Origin: Dictyostelium discoideum
Lineage: Eukaryota
Assembly (NCBI GenBank): GCA_000004695.1
Contig: CM000150.2
Location: forward strand, 1,568,001-1,632,000
Direction: 5' to 3'
DNA length: 64,000 bases
A model generated the notes under the pieces. The model was given only the letters and a program-made list of their open reading frames with translations, was not told the origin of the DNA and did no database searches. A program made the position numbers and the translations under genes. This document shows positions 28,407 to 42,000 of the stretch, piece after piece. Numbering within the stretch: the first letter of the stretch is position 1; each line of letters starts with the position of its first letter.

Positions 28407-28760
28407 GGAATTTTAGTTATATTTATTTTTTTTATGACAAATAGATTCATTCTTTTTAAAATCTTTAAAACCTTTCATAAACAATACATTATATAATATA
28501 AATCTTTTATTTTTTTAAGATTTAACGATTTTATAAAAATAGTAGATTTTAAAAATAAAAAAAAATTCAATAAATTAAAATGAAAAATTTTGAAATAGAT
28601 CATAGGTTCCAAAGGTGAGAAAAAAGTTAAATAATAATTTTAAATCAAAGAAAAAAAAAATTATAATTTTAACTGGGTATAAGTGAATTAAATTAATTTA
28701 TTAATTTTACAATTTATTTTTACAAAAAATGTATTGCAGTAGTTATTGAAAAACACTTAT

Positions 28761-29011
28761 TTAATGACAACCACATGATGATGAACCTGATGAACTATAG
28801 CTATAACTATAATTGTATGTGTAAACTGGTGAAGTGTAAGAGTAATAAGTTGTTTGAGAACCATCAGCATTATTAATTGTACCAGATGATGAGTTACCTC
28901 CACCACATGAACCACATGCGACTGAATTGGTACCCATTGATAATCTACCACCACCATTTGCAACACTTGATTTAGTTGATTTCATTGGGTTTGAAATTGA
29001 AGTTAATGCAG
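28761..29011 (-). CDS. hssA/B-like copy D exon 2 (ends SCGCH)
   Basis: Acceptor CTTAG at 29013-29012. Confidence 0.7.
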
Positions 29012-29109
29012 CTAAGTTAAATGAAAAAAAAAAAAAAAAAAAAAAGTTTTAAAAATTAATATATCAATTTATAAATGTTTTTATTATATATAAAAAAATG
29101 AATTCTTAC

Positions 29110-29122
29110 ATAATATGCTCAT
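29110..29122 (-). CDS. hssA/B-like copy D exon 1 (ATGAGCATATTAT)
   Basis: Donor GTAAGA at 29109-29104. Confidence 0.6.
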
Positions 29123-29181
29123 TTTGTTTTTAAATAATATTTTGATTTAATGGTTTTATAATTTTTTTTTTTTTTCTTTTA

Positions 29182-29221
<40 letters not shown>

Positions 29222-29569
29222 GCATTTTGGTTATAATCATTTTTTAATATTTTTCTAAAATAAATTGATTCATCATTTTTAAAATCTAAAAACTTTTTAT
29301 ACAAAACATAATAATATATAAAATCTTTTATTTTTAATAGATTAAACGATTATATAAAAATAGTTGTTTTTAAAAAAAAAAATTCTATAACTCTATAATG
29401 AAAATTTTCAAAAGTAAAAAAAAAAAAGTTAAATAATAATTTTAAAATCAAATAAATAAATTAATAATTAAAAAAAAATAATAATTAGAGGGGAAAAGTG
29501 AATTAATTTAATTTATTAATTTTACAAATTATTTTTACAAAAAAATGTAATGTAGTAGTTAACAATTTT

Positions 29570-29820
29570 TTAATGACATCCACATGATGATGAACCAGAT
29601 GAACTATAGCTATAACTATAATTGTATGTGTAAACTGGTGAAGTGTAAGAGTAATAAGTTGTTTGAGAACCATCAGCATTATTAATTGTACCAGATGATG
29701 AGTTACCACCTCCACATGAACCACATGCGACTGAATTTGAACCCATTGATAATCTACCACCACCATTTGCAACACTTGATTTAGTTGATTTCATTGGGTT
29801 TGAAATTGAAGTTAATGCAG
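29570..29820 (-). CDS. hssA/B-like copy E exon 2
   Basis: Acceptor ATTTAG at 29822-29821. Confidence 0.7.
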
Positions 29821-29905
29821 CTAAATTAAATAAAAAAAGAAAAAATAAAGTTTTAATATTATTTTATAAATATTTTCATATAAAATATAAAAAATGAATT
29901 CTTAC

Positions 29906-29918
29906 ATAAGATACTCAT
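29906..29918 (-). CDS. hssA/B-like copy E exon 1
   Basis: Donor GTAAGA at 29905-29900. Confidence 0.6.
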
Positions 29919-30304
29919 TTTATTTTAGTTTTTGTTTTTAAAAAATATTTTGATTTAATGGTTTTATTGTTTTTTTTTTTTTTCTTTTATACTTTTTTTT
30001 TTTTTATTTTTTTTATTTTTTATTTATTTTTGTTAATACATTTTTAAATTTAGTTAAAATTATTTTTTTGGTTTTTAATAAGATAAATAGATTCATCCTT
30101 TTTAAAATCTATAATAACTTTTCATAAACACAATACATTATAAAAATCTTTTATTTTTAAAAGATTAAACGATTTTATTTAAATAGTGGTTTTTAAAAAA
30201 AAAAAAAAAAAATTCAAAAATAATAATGAAAAATTTAAAAAATAGATCATAGGTTTCAATAAGGTAAAAATATACCTAAAATAATAATTTTAAAATCAAT
30301 CAAA

Positions 30305-30377
<73 letters not shown>

Positions 30378-30475
30378 ATAATTAGGGGGTAAAAGTGAAT
30401 TAATTTAATTTATTAATTTTACAATTTATTATTACAACAAATGTAATGTAGTAGTTATTGAAAGACAACTGTTTT

Positions 30476-30729
30476 TTAATGACAACCACATGATGAAGAT
30501 GAACCTGATGAACTATAGCTATAACTATAATTGTATGTGTAAATTGGAGAAGTGTAAGTGTAATAAGTTGTTTTGGAACCATCAGCATTATTAATTGTAC
30601 CAGATGATGAACTTCCACCACCACATGAACCACATGCGACTGAATTTGAACCCATTGATAATCTACCACCGCCATTTGCAACACTTGATTTGCTTGATTT
30701 CATTGGGTTTGAAATTGAAGTTAATGCAG
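30476..30729 (-). CDS. hssA/B-like copy F exon 2
   Basis: Acceptor AATTAG at 30731-30730. Confidence 0.7.
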
Positions 30730-30877
30730 CTAATTAAAAAATAAAAAATAAAAAATAAAAATATAAATTTTTTAAAAATTAATATTAAAATTCTAATTGT
30801 TTTTTTATTTTTATAATATTTTTTTATTTTTTTTTTAATTTCTTTTATTAAATATAAAAAAGGAAATGAATTCTTAC

Positions 30878-30890
30878 ATAAGATACTCAT
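30878..30890 (-). CDS. hssA/B-like copy F exon 1
   Basis: Donor GTAAGA at 30877-30872. Confidence 0.6.
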
Positions 30891-31583
30891 TTTGTTTGAT
30901 TTTATATTAAATAATGTTTTGATTTGAATAATAAAAAAAAAAAAAAATTTATTTATACTTTTTTTTTTTAAAATGCACATTTATTTAAAAATAAAAATTT
31001 AATTATAAATAATTTTAAAAAATAAATTATAACTTATATTTTCTTTAAATATTTTCATCCACATCTATAATATCTAAAAGGCGCGGTTTTTGAATTAAAA
31101 AAAAAGCAATCTAGATTAATTAATATAAAAAAAAAAAAAAAACCCAAGATATATAAAAAAAAAAAAATAAAAAATAAACCCAAAGACATATAAAAAAAAA
31201 ACCAAAGATAGATAAAAAAAAAAAATCGATTTCTTTTTTAGATGACACTCATATTAAAATTAAAAGTTTTAAAAAAAAATTATAATTTTTCATTATAATT
31301 TATTGTTTTCAATCACAAGTAAAAAAAACCAATATCTTAATTTTTTTAATAGATAAAAATTTTTTAAAAAAAAAATTAAAAAAAAAAAATTTTTTAATAA
31401 AAAAAAAAAAAAAAATTTATTTTTTTATTGTTATGTATTTATATATTTTATTTTATTTTTATATTTGTATATATTTTATTTATTTTATTTATTTTTTTTT
31501 TAAAAAAAAAAAATAATATATCATTATTTTTTTATTTTTTTTTATTTTTTTTTTTTTTCACTTTTTTTTTCTATTCACTCAAA

Positions 31584-32147
31584 TTAGATTTTATCACCCA
31601 AAATAAAAATAATTAAAACTAAAAAACCAAAAATTGCAAAAAAGTTTGGAATATTACTTGTTGAATTATTTTTTTGAGGTTCATTTGTTTTTGGAGGTTT
31701 TGTAGTTTGATTTGGTTCATTTGAATTTAACGATGATGAAGATAAGGATGATGAAGATGTTGTATTTGGGGAAGGTGATGGATTTGAAGAATTTGATGGT
31801 GATGGAGTTTCTTTAAAGATACATTTAACAGAATATGGACCAACTAAAGCAGCATTATCAATTGAACAATTGAATAAATTAATTGTATAATTATTTGTTA
31901 AACATTGTTTATCATCAGTTTCAATATATGATGTAAAATTATAATTATTAACATTATCTTTTGAAGAAGTAATTTTAAAAGAATTTGAACAACCATTATT
32001 ACAAACATCTAATGAAACTTCTAATTGTTTTCCTTTACATGATCCAACTGTTGAATTTACATAAAAATTAATAACACTATCAAGTGGTAATGATTGAATT
32101 AAATTAATAATTGAAATTAATAAAAATAATAAAATTAAATTTTTCAT
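31584..32147 (-). CDS. small secreted, Cys-containing, Ser/Thr/Pro-rich, probably GPI-anchored surface protein (ponticulin-like architecture)
   Basis: N-terminal signal peptide MKNLILLFLLISIINLIQS. Six Cys in the mature part. S/T/P/N stalk. Hydrophobic C-terminus FFAIFGFLVLIIFIL typical of a GPI-attachment signal. Confidence 0.55.
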   Translation of the reverse strand: MKNLILLFLLISIINLIQSLPLDSVINFYVNSTVGSCKGKQLEVSLDVCNNGCSNSFKITSSKDNVNNYNFTSYIETDDKQCLTNNYTINLFNCSIDNAALVGPYSVKCIFKETPSPSNSSNPSPSPNTTSSSSLSSSSLNSNEPNQTTKPPKTNEPQKNNSTSNIPNFFAIFGFLVLIIFILGDKI

Positions 32148-32167
32148 TCTTTTTTTTTCTTAAATAA

Positions 32168-32211
<44 letters not shown>

Positions 32212-32579
32212 TTGATTTAAATAATAATAATAACTTTGAAAAAAAAAAGATTTAAATATTTTTTTTTTTTTCTATTTTAAAATTTTTTATTTTTTATTTT
32301 TTAATTTTTTTTTTTGTTTACACATATTTATTTTTTATCTCCATGACACAAATATAATAATAATAAAAAAAATAATAAAAAAAATAAAAAATAATAAAAA
32401 AAAAAAAAAAAATCAATAAAAAAGATTTTTTAAAAAGATTTGTCATTAAAAAAATCACCCAACAATAAAAAATAAAAAATGATTCCCAATCGGAACTAAT
32501 AATAATTTCTAAAAAATTAAAATTTCTTTGATTAAAAAAAAAAAAAAAAAGTATAACTTTTTTTTTTTTTATTTTATTT

Positions 32580-32685
32580 TATTTTTTTTTATTTCTCTTT
32601 TTTTGGTTCTAAAACTAATGAAGGAATCCAAATATCTGAATAAGAATCCATCTTTTCAAAATATTTTTGATATAATTGTAAAGTT
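32580..32685 (-). CDS. hypothetical protein (P/Q-repeat, acidic), exon 2
   Basis: Acceptor TTTTTTAG at 32687-32686. Continues ...EEKYQ|RTLQLYQKYFEKMDSYSDIWIPSLVLEPKKRNKKK*. Confidence 0.45.
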
Positions 32686-32687
32686 CT

Positions 32688-32718
<31 letters not shown>

Positions 32719-32787
32719 GGATAATATTAGTAAAAAATTTATAATTAAATAAAAAAAAAATAAAATAAAAATAAAGAAAATTCATAC

Positions 32788-34124
32788 CTTTGATATTTTT
32801 CTTCTTTTGTATCTATATCATCATAAAAATTGAAAGGATCAGTGTGAATTTCAACACCTAAAACTTGATGAAACTTTGTATAATTTAAGGAATCTAAAAC
32901 ATGAGTATTCCAAAAATTTTCTAAAAATGGTGGTGGATACAATGATGATGTTCTAAATATCCAACGAATTTTACCACTATATTGATCGAAATATTTAGTT
33001 GGAGTATCTTCTAAAATCTTTAAAATAAAAAATCTAACATATTCTTTTGCAGGTGAAAGTTGTAATAAATTTAATTTTAATCTATTTACTACTGGGTAAA
33101 AATTAAAATTATTCATTATATTTGATTCAAAATCATTAATATTTGATTTAATAATTGTTCTAAATTTTTCAATTTCACTACTATCATCATCACCATCTTG
33201 ATCATCATAATCATCATTATAATAATGTGATGAAATCTTTCTTTTCTTATTTCCCTTTTCAACTTGTACTTGATCCTCTTCTTCTTCTTCCTTTTCTTCT
33301 TCTTCTTCTTCTTCTTCATTATTTTTATAGTCACCACCATCTTTCTCTTGTTCCTCTTCTTTTTCTTTCTTTTCATCTTCTTGATCTTTTGAGGTTTTAA
33401 TAGTTAACCGTTTATTATATAATTTTGAATTTTCAATTGAAGATTGTAGTTGTGGTTGTGGTGGTTGTGGTGGTTGTGGTGGTTGTGGTGGTTGTGGTGG
33501 TTGTGGTTGTGGTTGTGGTGGTGGTGGTGGTGATGGTATTTCTTTTAATGCAGTATAAAAGGAACTAAAATAAACAAAACCATTTGAGAATTGATTTGGA
33601 TTGTTTTTTATAATTGCACCGATTTGAGCGAAAATATCAGTGAGTGATTTAATATATAATAGACCACTATGTGATGATATATACTCTTGAATATCATTAT
33701 AGTTGAAATAATATTTAAGCATTTCTTTATTTACTTGTTTTTTCTCTTGTAATGTATACTTAAATTTCTCTTGTAAATAATCTTGAATCTTAATTAAATT
33801 TAAAAGTGAAAATTTTATAATTTCTTGATATGATGATTTTTTATTTGGTATTTCAATATCATCATTATTATTATTATCATTATTTGTTGTTTTTTCTTCT
33901 TGACAAAGATAACATATACAAGGTATTGTTTTTAAATTTGATTTTGATTGTTTAATTAAATTGATATGGTTACTTTTTATATTGTCTTTAGCTTTTATTT
34001 TAAGCTCTCTAGAGACTTTGCGTATTTCATCAAATGATAATCCATCAAATATCCTTGCATTATAGGTGAACAATATCTTTTCGCTTGATTTAACCTTAAA
34101 TTTATGAAATGAAACTTCACTCAT
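32788..34124 (-). CDS. hypothetical protein with (PQ/PPQ)n tract and poly-E/K acidic region, exon 1
   Basis: ORF from ATG 34124. Donor GTATGA at 32787-32782, phase 2. The ORF-track tail RYEFSLFLFYFFFI is intron read-through. Confidence 0.5.
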
Positions 34125-34466
34125 TATGAAAGTTATGTCTCTATATCATTTCACTTCGTGTATTAAAAAAACTATTTAATATATGATTGTTTTTTTATTT
34201 TTATTTTTATCTATTTATTTTTTATTTTTTAAATATATAATAAGAAATGATGATGTAGATTATAATGAATAATAAAAAATTGAGAAGAAAAAAAAAAAAT
34301 TAAAAAATAAATTAAAAAAAAAAAAATCAAAAGATTCTCTGAAAAGGAAGGAATTCAATGAAGGTTGTTTTTTTTTTTTATTATTATTTTTATTTTAGTT
34401 TTTTTTTTAATTTTTTTTTTTTTATTTATTTATATTGTTTAATAAAAAAAACAATATAAATATAAA

Positions 34467-34773
34467 ATGTTTAATAATACAAATAAAATTATAGAAATTG
34501 AAAGAAATAATAATAAAAATATTGAAAAGGAATTATTCTATAAATATTTAAATGAAAACGAACCTATAATATTCACAAAATTTTCAACAGATTGGGAAGC
34601 ATTATCAAAATGGAATGATCCCAACTATCTCATCAATATTATTGGTAATGATCATATAGTGGATGTTAACAAATGTTCATTTGGTGGTTATTATAAAGAT
34701 ATTATCAAAATTAAATTCTCTGAATTCATATCAAAATCAATAAATAATCAATTTGATAATTTTGATTTAAATG
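34467..34773 (+). CDS. JmjC-domain (cupin_8) protein exon 1
   Basis: Donor GTATTT at 34774, phase 1. Confidence 0.55.
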
Positions 34774-34853
34774 GTATTTATTTTATTTTATTTTATTTTA
34801 TTATAAAAATAAAATTATAATAAAAATAATAAATTTATTTATTATTTAAATAG

Positions 34854-35407
34854 GAAATAAAATTAAAAAAGTAAATAAACCTTATTTAAGGAATTTTGAA
34901 ATGTTTGAAGATTTCCCAATTTTCGAGCAAGATATTAATTGTGATATTATATTTGACAAAGATAAACATAATTTAATTGTAAAGAGAGCATTTATTGGGA
35001 GTGTTGGATCAGCAACAAGTTTTCATATTGATACTGGTGATAATTTAGTTACTGTAATTAAAGGTTGTAAATTCATTGTAATGATATCACCAAATGATTC
35101 GAAATTTTTAGATTTTCAAAAAAGTAGAGAAATAGAAATATCTTTTAATCAAAATGATAATGATGGTATCCCATTAGAATATCATCCAGCTTTTTCAAAT
35201 TGTAAATATATTTATAAAACTTTATTAAGAAAAGGTGAATCATTATTCATACCAAATAATTGGACACATTATGTTCATAATATATCTGATCATGATGATA
35301 ACTTTAATGAAGATAATAATAATAATAATAATTGTAATAATAATAATAATTTAACAATTAGTGTTAGTTGTTGGGGAAAATCAATATATGATTTAGTTGT
35401 TGGATAA
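34854..35407 (+). CDS. JmjC-domain protein exon 2
   Basis: Acceptor AAATAG at 34852-34853. Fe(II)-binding-like HxD...H (SFHIDTGDN ... WTHYVHNI) in a double-stranded beta-helix context. Confidence 0.65.
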
Positions 35408-35472
35408 AAAATAAAAAATAAAAAATTTTTAAAAAAAAGAAAAAGGGTAATATATTTATTTTTTATTTTATT

Positions 35473-36732
35473 TTATTTTTTTATTGGTATAATTGTTCTT
35501 CCAGATCTTGTTTGTAAAAGAGGAGTAGCAGTAGTGGCAGTAGTGGAATTGGTATTGGGTGTAAAAGTTGGTTGATTTCTATTAACTCTTTTTTTGTGAT
35601 TTAAATTAATTACCCAATCTAAATGTTTTAAATCATTTTCATATTTTAATTGATCTTTTTGTTGATTTGTAAGATCTTCATTTGTGATTAATCCAATCTC
35701 CATATAATATTGAAGTGTTTCAAATCTTCTATTTTCAACCATTTTTTCAATGAGGCAACTAGAGAAACCCAAAGATGGTATAAAAGTTCTTAATAATTCA
35801 AATTTACCAATACCATGTCTAATTACTCTAAAAACATCATTTTTAGTTTGAGTTGCAATGTTATCTTTTATCAAGTACTGTTTAATGCTTGGTAAAACGA
35901 TACCATTGGAAAATGTTAAAAAGTATTCCAAAGTTTGATTATCACATTCTGGTGAGAACAAAGATTTAATAATTTTATAACCTGTTAAAAATTCAATTGT
36001 TGAAGGTAATGTTGAATATTCAATATCTTTTACTAATAAAAGATCAACAATATCCAATCTTGATTTTGCAATTGCACATGACAATATCCAATCTTTACAT
36101 TTTTTAACATCTTTACCATACCACATTTTTAAGAGTGGTTGTTGTTCAGATTCATCTTTTGATTCATCAAAATTCTTTATAGTTGTTAAATTTATTAATT
36201 CAATAACATCTTCTAAAGTTATAAATTGAAATAATCTTGAAGTTGTAAGTGGAGGAAATTCAGAAACTGTTTTTGTTGCAACCAATTGTAAATGATTAAA
36301 AGCCAATTGAAATTCACCCTCTTCTATTAAAACTCTAAAATCTTTTGACCCATCAGGATGATAAAATGGATCAGAAGGATTATTATAATAATAACTTCTT
36401 TCCTCTGGGAAATAACTTTTAAATGTAGAATACTTTTCAAGTAAACTAAAATTTTGAAGTTCATAAATTGATTTAAAAATTTGAGATGCTGTATTTGAGT
36501 GTCTTTTTGATCTAATTCTACAAATAGATGAATTTTTTAAGCAAGGTAATCTTGAACTTGAAAATTCATTAAAATTTGAATTACTAAATGATCTAACAAA
36601 TAATTTTGATAATTTTCTATCTAATAAATGAAACCAATAAAATAATACAAAATTTGATACAACATTTTTTAAACTTTCATTATTAATATTACCACTATTA
36701 TTATAAGGTTGATAATTTAAAAGACCATAATA

Positions 36733-36767
<35 letters not shown>

Positions 36768-39291
36768 AATCTAAAATATAATTTGAATGATTTGGTAATA
36801 CACTTGGATAATTAATTTCATGTTCTTCATAAATTTTATTAACTTCAAGTAAATTATTTAATGTTACACCAGTTGATTGTAAGATTGAAATATATAAACT
36901 ATGGTAAATGAAAATCCAATCCTTTGAAGTTGGAAATAAATTTTCATCAATCAATTTCTTTAATATGTCTTTAGCATCAGAGAATTTGATATTTGTACTA
37001 AAATGACCATTGATATCATATTGATAATCTTTTGAACGAACATCATGAAATTCATAAATTCTTTTTTGAAAACTTAATTTATTTTTACAATTATCAATCA
37101 TTTCTAAAATTAATTTTCTATTTAAATTAACTGAATCTAATATAATTGAAAATTTTTTAAAATCAACTATATGAACTAAATGTATTAATAAATCTGATGA
37201 TAATTTAAATATTTTTTCATTAATATTATCTAAATTTGTAGTAGTTGTTGTTGTAGTTGTTGAAGTTGTTGTTGTTGTTGAAATTGGTTTAAAAATTTCT
37301 TGAAATTGTTGATTTGATTTTTCAGTATTTATTAATAATAATAATTCTAAAAGGTAACAAAATATACTTGGTGTAAAAGATTTGAAACCACTTGATTTTA
37401 AATAATTAAATAATTGATCCCTTGAATTTTCATCTTTAGTGAATTTTGAATCTTTAATATCAATATGATTATCTAATTTACCTTGATAATCGTCATATTC
37501 ATCATGTTCATCATATTCACCTTCAGCATAAACATCGGGATGGGATGAAGGTCCAACTTTTTTAAAATCATAAAATTCTGGTGAAATTCCATTTTTAAGT
37601 GGTTGATTCTCTAAAAATGATTTTTGAAATAAAATTTGAAATTTATTATTATTTTGATCACTATCAATTGAAACAACCTTATCAATACTTTCAATAGTTG
37701 AAATATCACAGTCTTTTAAAGCTCTTAAAAATGATAGATAATAAATTTCTTTATTTGAAAAATATTTATTTTTTAATAGAGATTGTAATTCAATAATTTG
37801 TTGTTCTAAATCTTCTTTTTTCTTTAATTGATTACTATTTGATGATGCTTTAGATCTAGTTGAGGAGGCAGTGTTGGTGGATGATGTTGACAATGATTCA
37901 ATTTCTTTATTTATTGATTGAATATTTGAATTTATTTGATTTTCAGATTCTTTTTGGCATTCTAATAATTTTGTATGAAAATAATTAGCAAGTTCAAAAT
38001 TTGAAAATTGTAAGAATCTTTGTCTAACATTTAAATAAATTGTAATATCATCTTTAAATTTAACTATTGAATCTTTTTTATTACTAGTATCATCAACTTT
38101 TTCTTTATTATTATCATCATCATTACCATCAACATCATTATCATCATCATCATCATCTTCTTCTTCACCATCATTGATTGTTGAAGCTGAGAATAAGTTT
38201 GTATTTTCATGTTTCTTTGTAAATTTATGAATTGATGGAACTAAATGATAGAAATCCTTATGTTGAATAATGAAATCTATAAATTCTTTTGATTTAATAA
38301 TCCATGGTATTGTATTGAATCTTTTAAACTCTAATGGATGTAAATGAGGAAGTAATAAATTGGTGATATATTGAATTGTTTCTTCATTAAAATTAAAAAA
38401 ATGTTTATTTGCAGGGAAACTATTGTATAATGTCTCTAGGAAATAATTTTTTTGTTTATATTCATTAATAACACCTGTATTCATTAAAGTTGAAATTTTT
38501 AAAAGTAAAGATGGAATGGTTGAAAATTTTAAATGACCATCTCTATTTTTATTAATAAAAACTGTATGCTCTCCAAGAATTTTTTTATCATATTTTTCAT
38601 TGGGGGTAGTTGTTGTTGTTGTAGTTGTTGATAATTTTTCACTTTCATCTGATGAATATACCTTTCCTTTGAAAATTAATTTAACTATACTACTAAACCA
38701 ACTATCACTAAATTCAATACCATTTTGGTTGAAATAAACTGTTAAGAATTTAAATAAATCATCTTCTTTAATACATTGAACTGTAATTGGTTGACCAATT
38801 AATAAATCTCTACTGATTTTTTTTTTGGGGTCTATTGGTTTTATTCTCTTGTCTTTATCTAAACCTTTGAATTGATCTTTATGTTTAATTATGAAATTTA
38901 GACAATCCAAATTTAATGATTGACTTGCATAATATGCTACCCAATATTTATTTTTTTCACACATAATTGCACCATGAGTGAATTCTATTGGTTGTTTATA
39001 TAAATTTAAATAGTTTAAATAACATCTATCATTTAGATTTGTATCACCTAATTGAATAACAATTGCTCTGATTTTCTTTTCAACAAATTCATGATCGTTT
39101 TTATTATTTAAAATCTCTTTAATTTCATCATTTCTTTTCTTTAATTCTAATTTCTTTGCTGTATTTTCACTATAAATATATGAAATTGCACCTTTAATAT
39201 ACTTTTCAATTTCTAATTCATTTTTGAATATTGGTATTGGTGTACGAATTTTATAATTTGAAAATTCTGGTATTACTTTCATTCTACCCAT
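35473..39291 (-). CDS. large hypothetical protein (1272 aa), no recognised domain; acidic and poly-N inserts
   Basis: Single uninterrupted ORF on the minus strand. Coding-like composition relative to the flanks. Confidence 0.5.
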
Positions 39292-39814
39292 TTTTTAATT
39301 TTTTTTTTTTTTTTAAAAAAAAAAACTTATTTTTTTGATTTTTTTTTTTTTTGATTTTAAATTAAACAAATATAAATAAAAATTAAACAAATAAAAAAAA
39401 TATTTCTATTTAGAATAAAAAAATTTGAAAATAAAAAAAAAAAAAAAAAAAAAATTATTATTATCAAAAAAAAAAAAAAAAAAAATCAAAAAAAAAATTA
39501 AATAAAAAATAAATAAAAATCAAAAAAAAAAAAAAATAATAATCTGGGTCCAAGATATTTTTATTTTTTCTTTGAACAATCAAATTTATTAGTAAAAAAT
39601 TATTTTTTTGAGAATTTTTTAAGATTCTAAAAATAGAAATTTTTTTATTTTATTTTTGATAAATCTATTTTAAAATTTTTTAAAGTGTATAATTAAATTT
39701 ATTTTTATTATTATTGTTATTATAATTATTATTATTATTATTATTTTGAATATTTGTTGTACCACCAATAATTAAATCATTAAATGGTATCCAATTTTGG
39801 TGGTTATCTAATTG

Positions 39815-41376
39815 CTATGTGGTGATTTCATCCAACATTTGGAATGGTACATTAATACTATCCTTTTTATTATTATTTTTGTTTACTTTTGAACCACTAT
39901 TTTGGGATACTCTTGTCTTTATGAAAATTGCAACTAATGCTGCTACAATAATGAATAATACAGTTGGTAATATTATTAATAAATATAATTTTTTATTACC
40001 ACCACCACCACTATTATTATTAGATTTTGAAGAATCTACTGCAGATTTCCCAACACTATCAATTTCACTATCCCCATCATCATTATTTTTATTATTATCA
40101 TCATCAGTTGTTGATGGTTTTGTTGAAATTTTAATTTGGAAATATCCTGAAATCATTTCAATTATTTCATTTGAAACTGTTGAATTTGGTGAATTATTTA
40201 TAAATGATAGCATTGTTGTATTGGTGGTTTTTGGTGATGATAAAGTATGGTATGATTTACTTAATTCACAGATGAATAATGTGTCAGTTGATAATAAAAC
40301 ATTTGAACAATTTCTTTTATTTCCATTTGGTTTTTCAATAATTACAGTAGCGTTATTTAAAAAGTTTTTACCAATTATAGTTATAAGGGTAAGTTTTTTA
40401 TCTTTGTACCCAATTACTTTATCAATTATTGGATTTGCATAGCAATAGGTAAGGTTTGAATTACCGTTGTTGTCAATTGGATTTAATAGATTATCAATGG
40501 TAATAGTGTATCCACAACCGGTGCCATTGGTTAAATAACATCTTATTGAAGTTTGAGATGATGTTAAAGTTTCACAAATTTTATTACCAATTTTAATACT
40601 TGGTTCATAATCATCAGTATAAAAGAAACTACCTTTAAATTCAACAACACCACCAACACTATTTGTTCTTTCAATACTTTTAATTATAGAATTTGGTTGA
40701 AAATGTTTACTTGAACTTTGTCCATTTTTATAAGAAATTGTTATCTTTCCCATTTCAATATCTTCAATATCAGTTATATTAAATTTAATTATATCATAAC
40801 CTTTTGAAACTGATGATGATGGTCTAGTAGGTGTTGGTGTAGGTACTGGTGTTTTAGTTGGTTTTGATGATTTTGTTGGTTTTGGTGTGGTAGTTGGTGG
40901 TGGTATAGTTTGTGATGTTGGAGTTGGTGTTGAGGTTGGAGTTGGTGTTGATGTTGGAGTTGGTGTTGAGGTTGGCTTTGATGTTGGTGAGGTAGTTTGT
41001 GGTGGTACAGTTGGTGATACAGTTGGTGGTATAGTTTGTGATGGTGTTGATGTTGGTGTTGAAGTTGGCTTTGATGTTGGTGTTGGTGTTGGTGTTGGTG
41101 TTTGTTTTGAAAAATCAGAACTATCAGAAACTTCAAATCTATCATCATTTAATTGGTCTGGATTTATTGAAACAGTTGGAATTGGATTATTTTGTGGTTC
41201 ACCTGTAACATTTAAAACTTGTCCTTTTATAAATTCAAAATCATGTATTTTATCACCCAAATATGTTACTGTCAATCCAGTTTTATCAATAGAAAAATGG
41301 CCACTAATTATAATTTCATAATATAATGGTAAATGGTCATTTGAATTAATTTTAACAATTTCTGGTGATTGATCAT
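39815..41376 (-). CDS. mucin-like type I membrane glycoprotein exon 2: PT-repeat stalk, Cys-containing beta-rich ectodomain, single TM and short cytoplasmic tail
   Basis: (PT/TPTS)n tract. Many N-x-S/T sites. TM LYLLIILPTVLFIIVAALVAIFI. Acceptor GAATAG at 41378-41377. Confidence 0.55.
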
Positions 41377-41480
41377 CTATTCATTTTTAAGATTTAAAAA
41401 AAATAAAAAATAAAAAATATTAATATATAAATTTAAATAATAAAATAAAATAAAATAAATAAAAAAATTAAATTTATTAC

Positions 41481-41553
41481 CTTTTTTATTTGATTTTCCC
41501 AATGAATTTGAAACTAATAAAAATAAAAAAACTAATAGAATAAAATTCTTCAT
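41481..41553 (-). CDS. type I membrane glycoprotein exon 1: signal peptide (MKNFILLVFLFLLVSNSLGKSNKK)
   Basis: ATG at 41553. Donor GTAATA at 41480-41475, phase 1. In frame with exon 2. Confidence 0.55.
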
Positions 41554-41760
41554 TTTTTTTTGAGAGTTATTTTTAACTTTTTATTACCCTCTTATTATCT
41601 TTTTTTTTTATTTTTTTTTTTTATCTTTTAAAAATTCTCTATTTTTTTCTAATTTTATTAAAATAAATAATATAAATAGATTGAGTGTGAATAACAATGC
41701 GGTTCAAAAAGTCTATTTAAAAAAAAAAAAAAAAAAAAATTAATATTAATATTAATTATA

Positions 41761-41828
<68 letters not shown>

Positions 41829-41967
41829 TAAAAATAATAAAATTAATGGTTCAAAATAAACCACTCACCTTTCAAATTTTATAAAAACAATAAATAAAGT
41901 GGTGATTAAAAAAAAAAAAAAACTTAAAAAATAAATTTAAACTATTTTTAAATCTCAGTTTCACCAA

Positions 41968-42000
<33 letters not shown>

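Noticed and set aside
25626-30684. ORF-track entries MLQMVVDQ.../[12 protein letters not shown]... (minus, other frame) and 28043-28237 (plus) in the hssA/B-like array
   Set aside because: Alternative-frame or antisense of the conserved hssA/B-like reading frame. The family frame is the one conserved in all six copies and the one joined to the micro-exon.
33116-33376. Minus-strand 86-aa K/R-rich ORF
   Set aside because: Alternative frame of the GAA/GAG acidic repeat of the real gene at 32788-34124.
39819-41321. Plus-strand ORFs (207 aa, 144 aa) and the minus-strand HQ-repeat ORF 40789-41148
   Set aside because: Antisense or alternative frame of the PT-repeat region of the type I membrane glycoprotein gene; repeat-driven.
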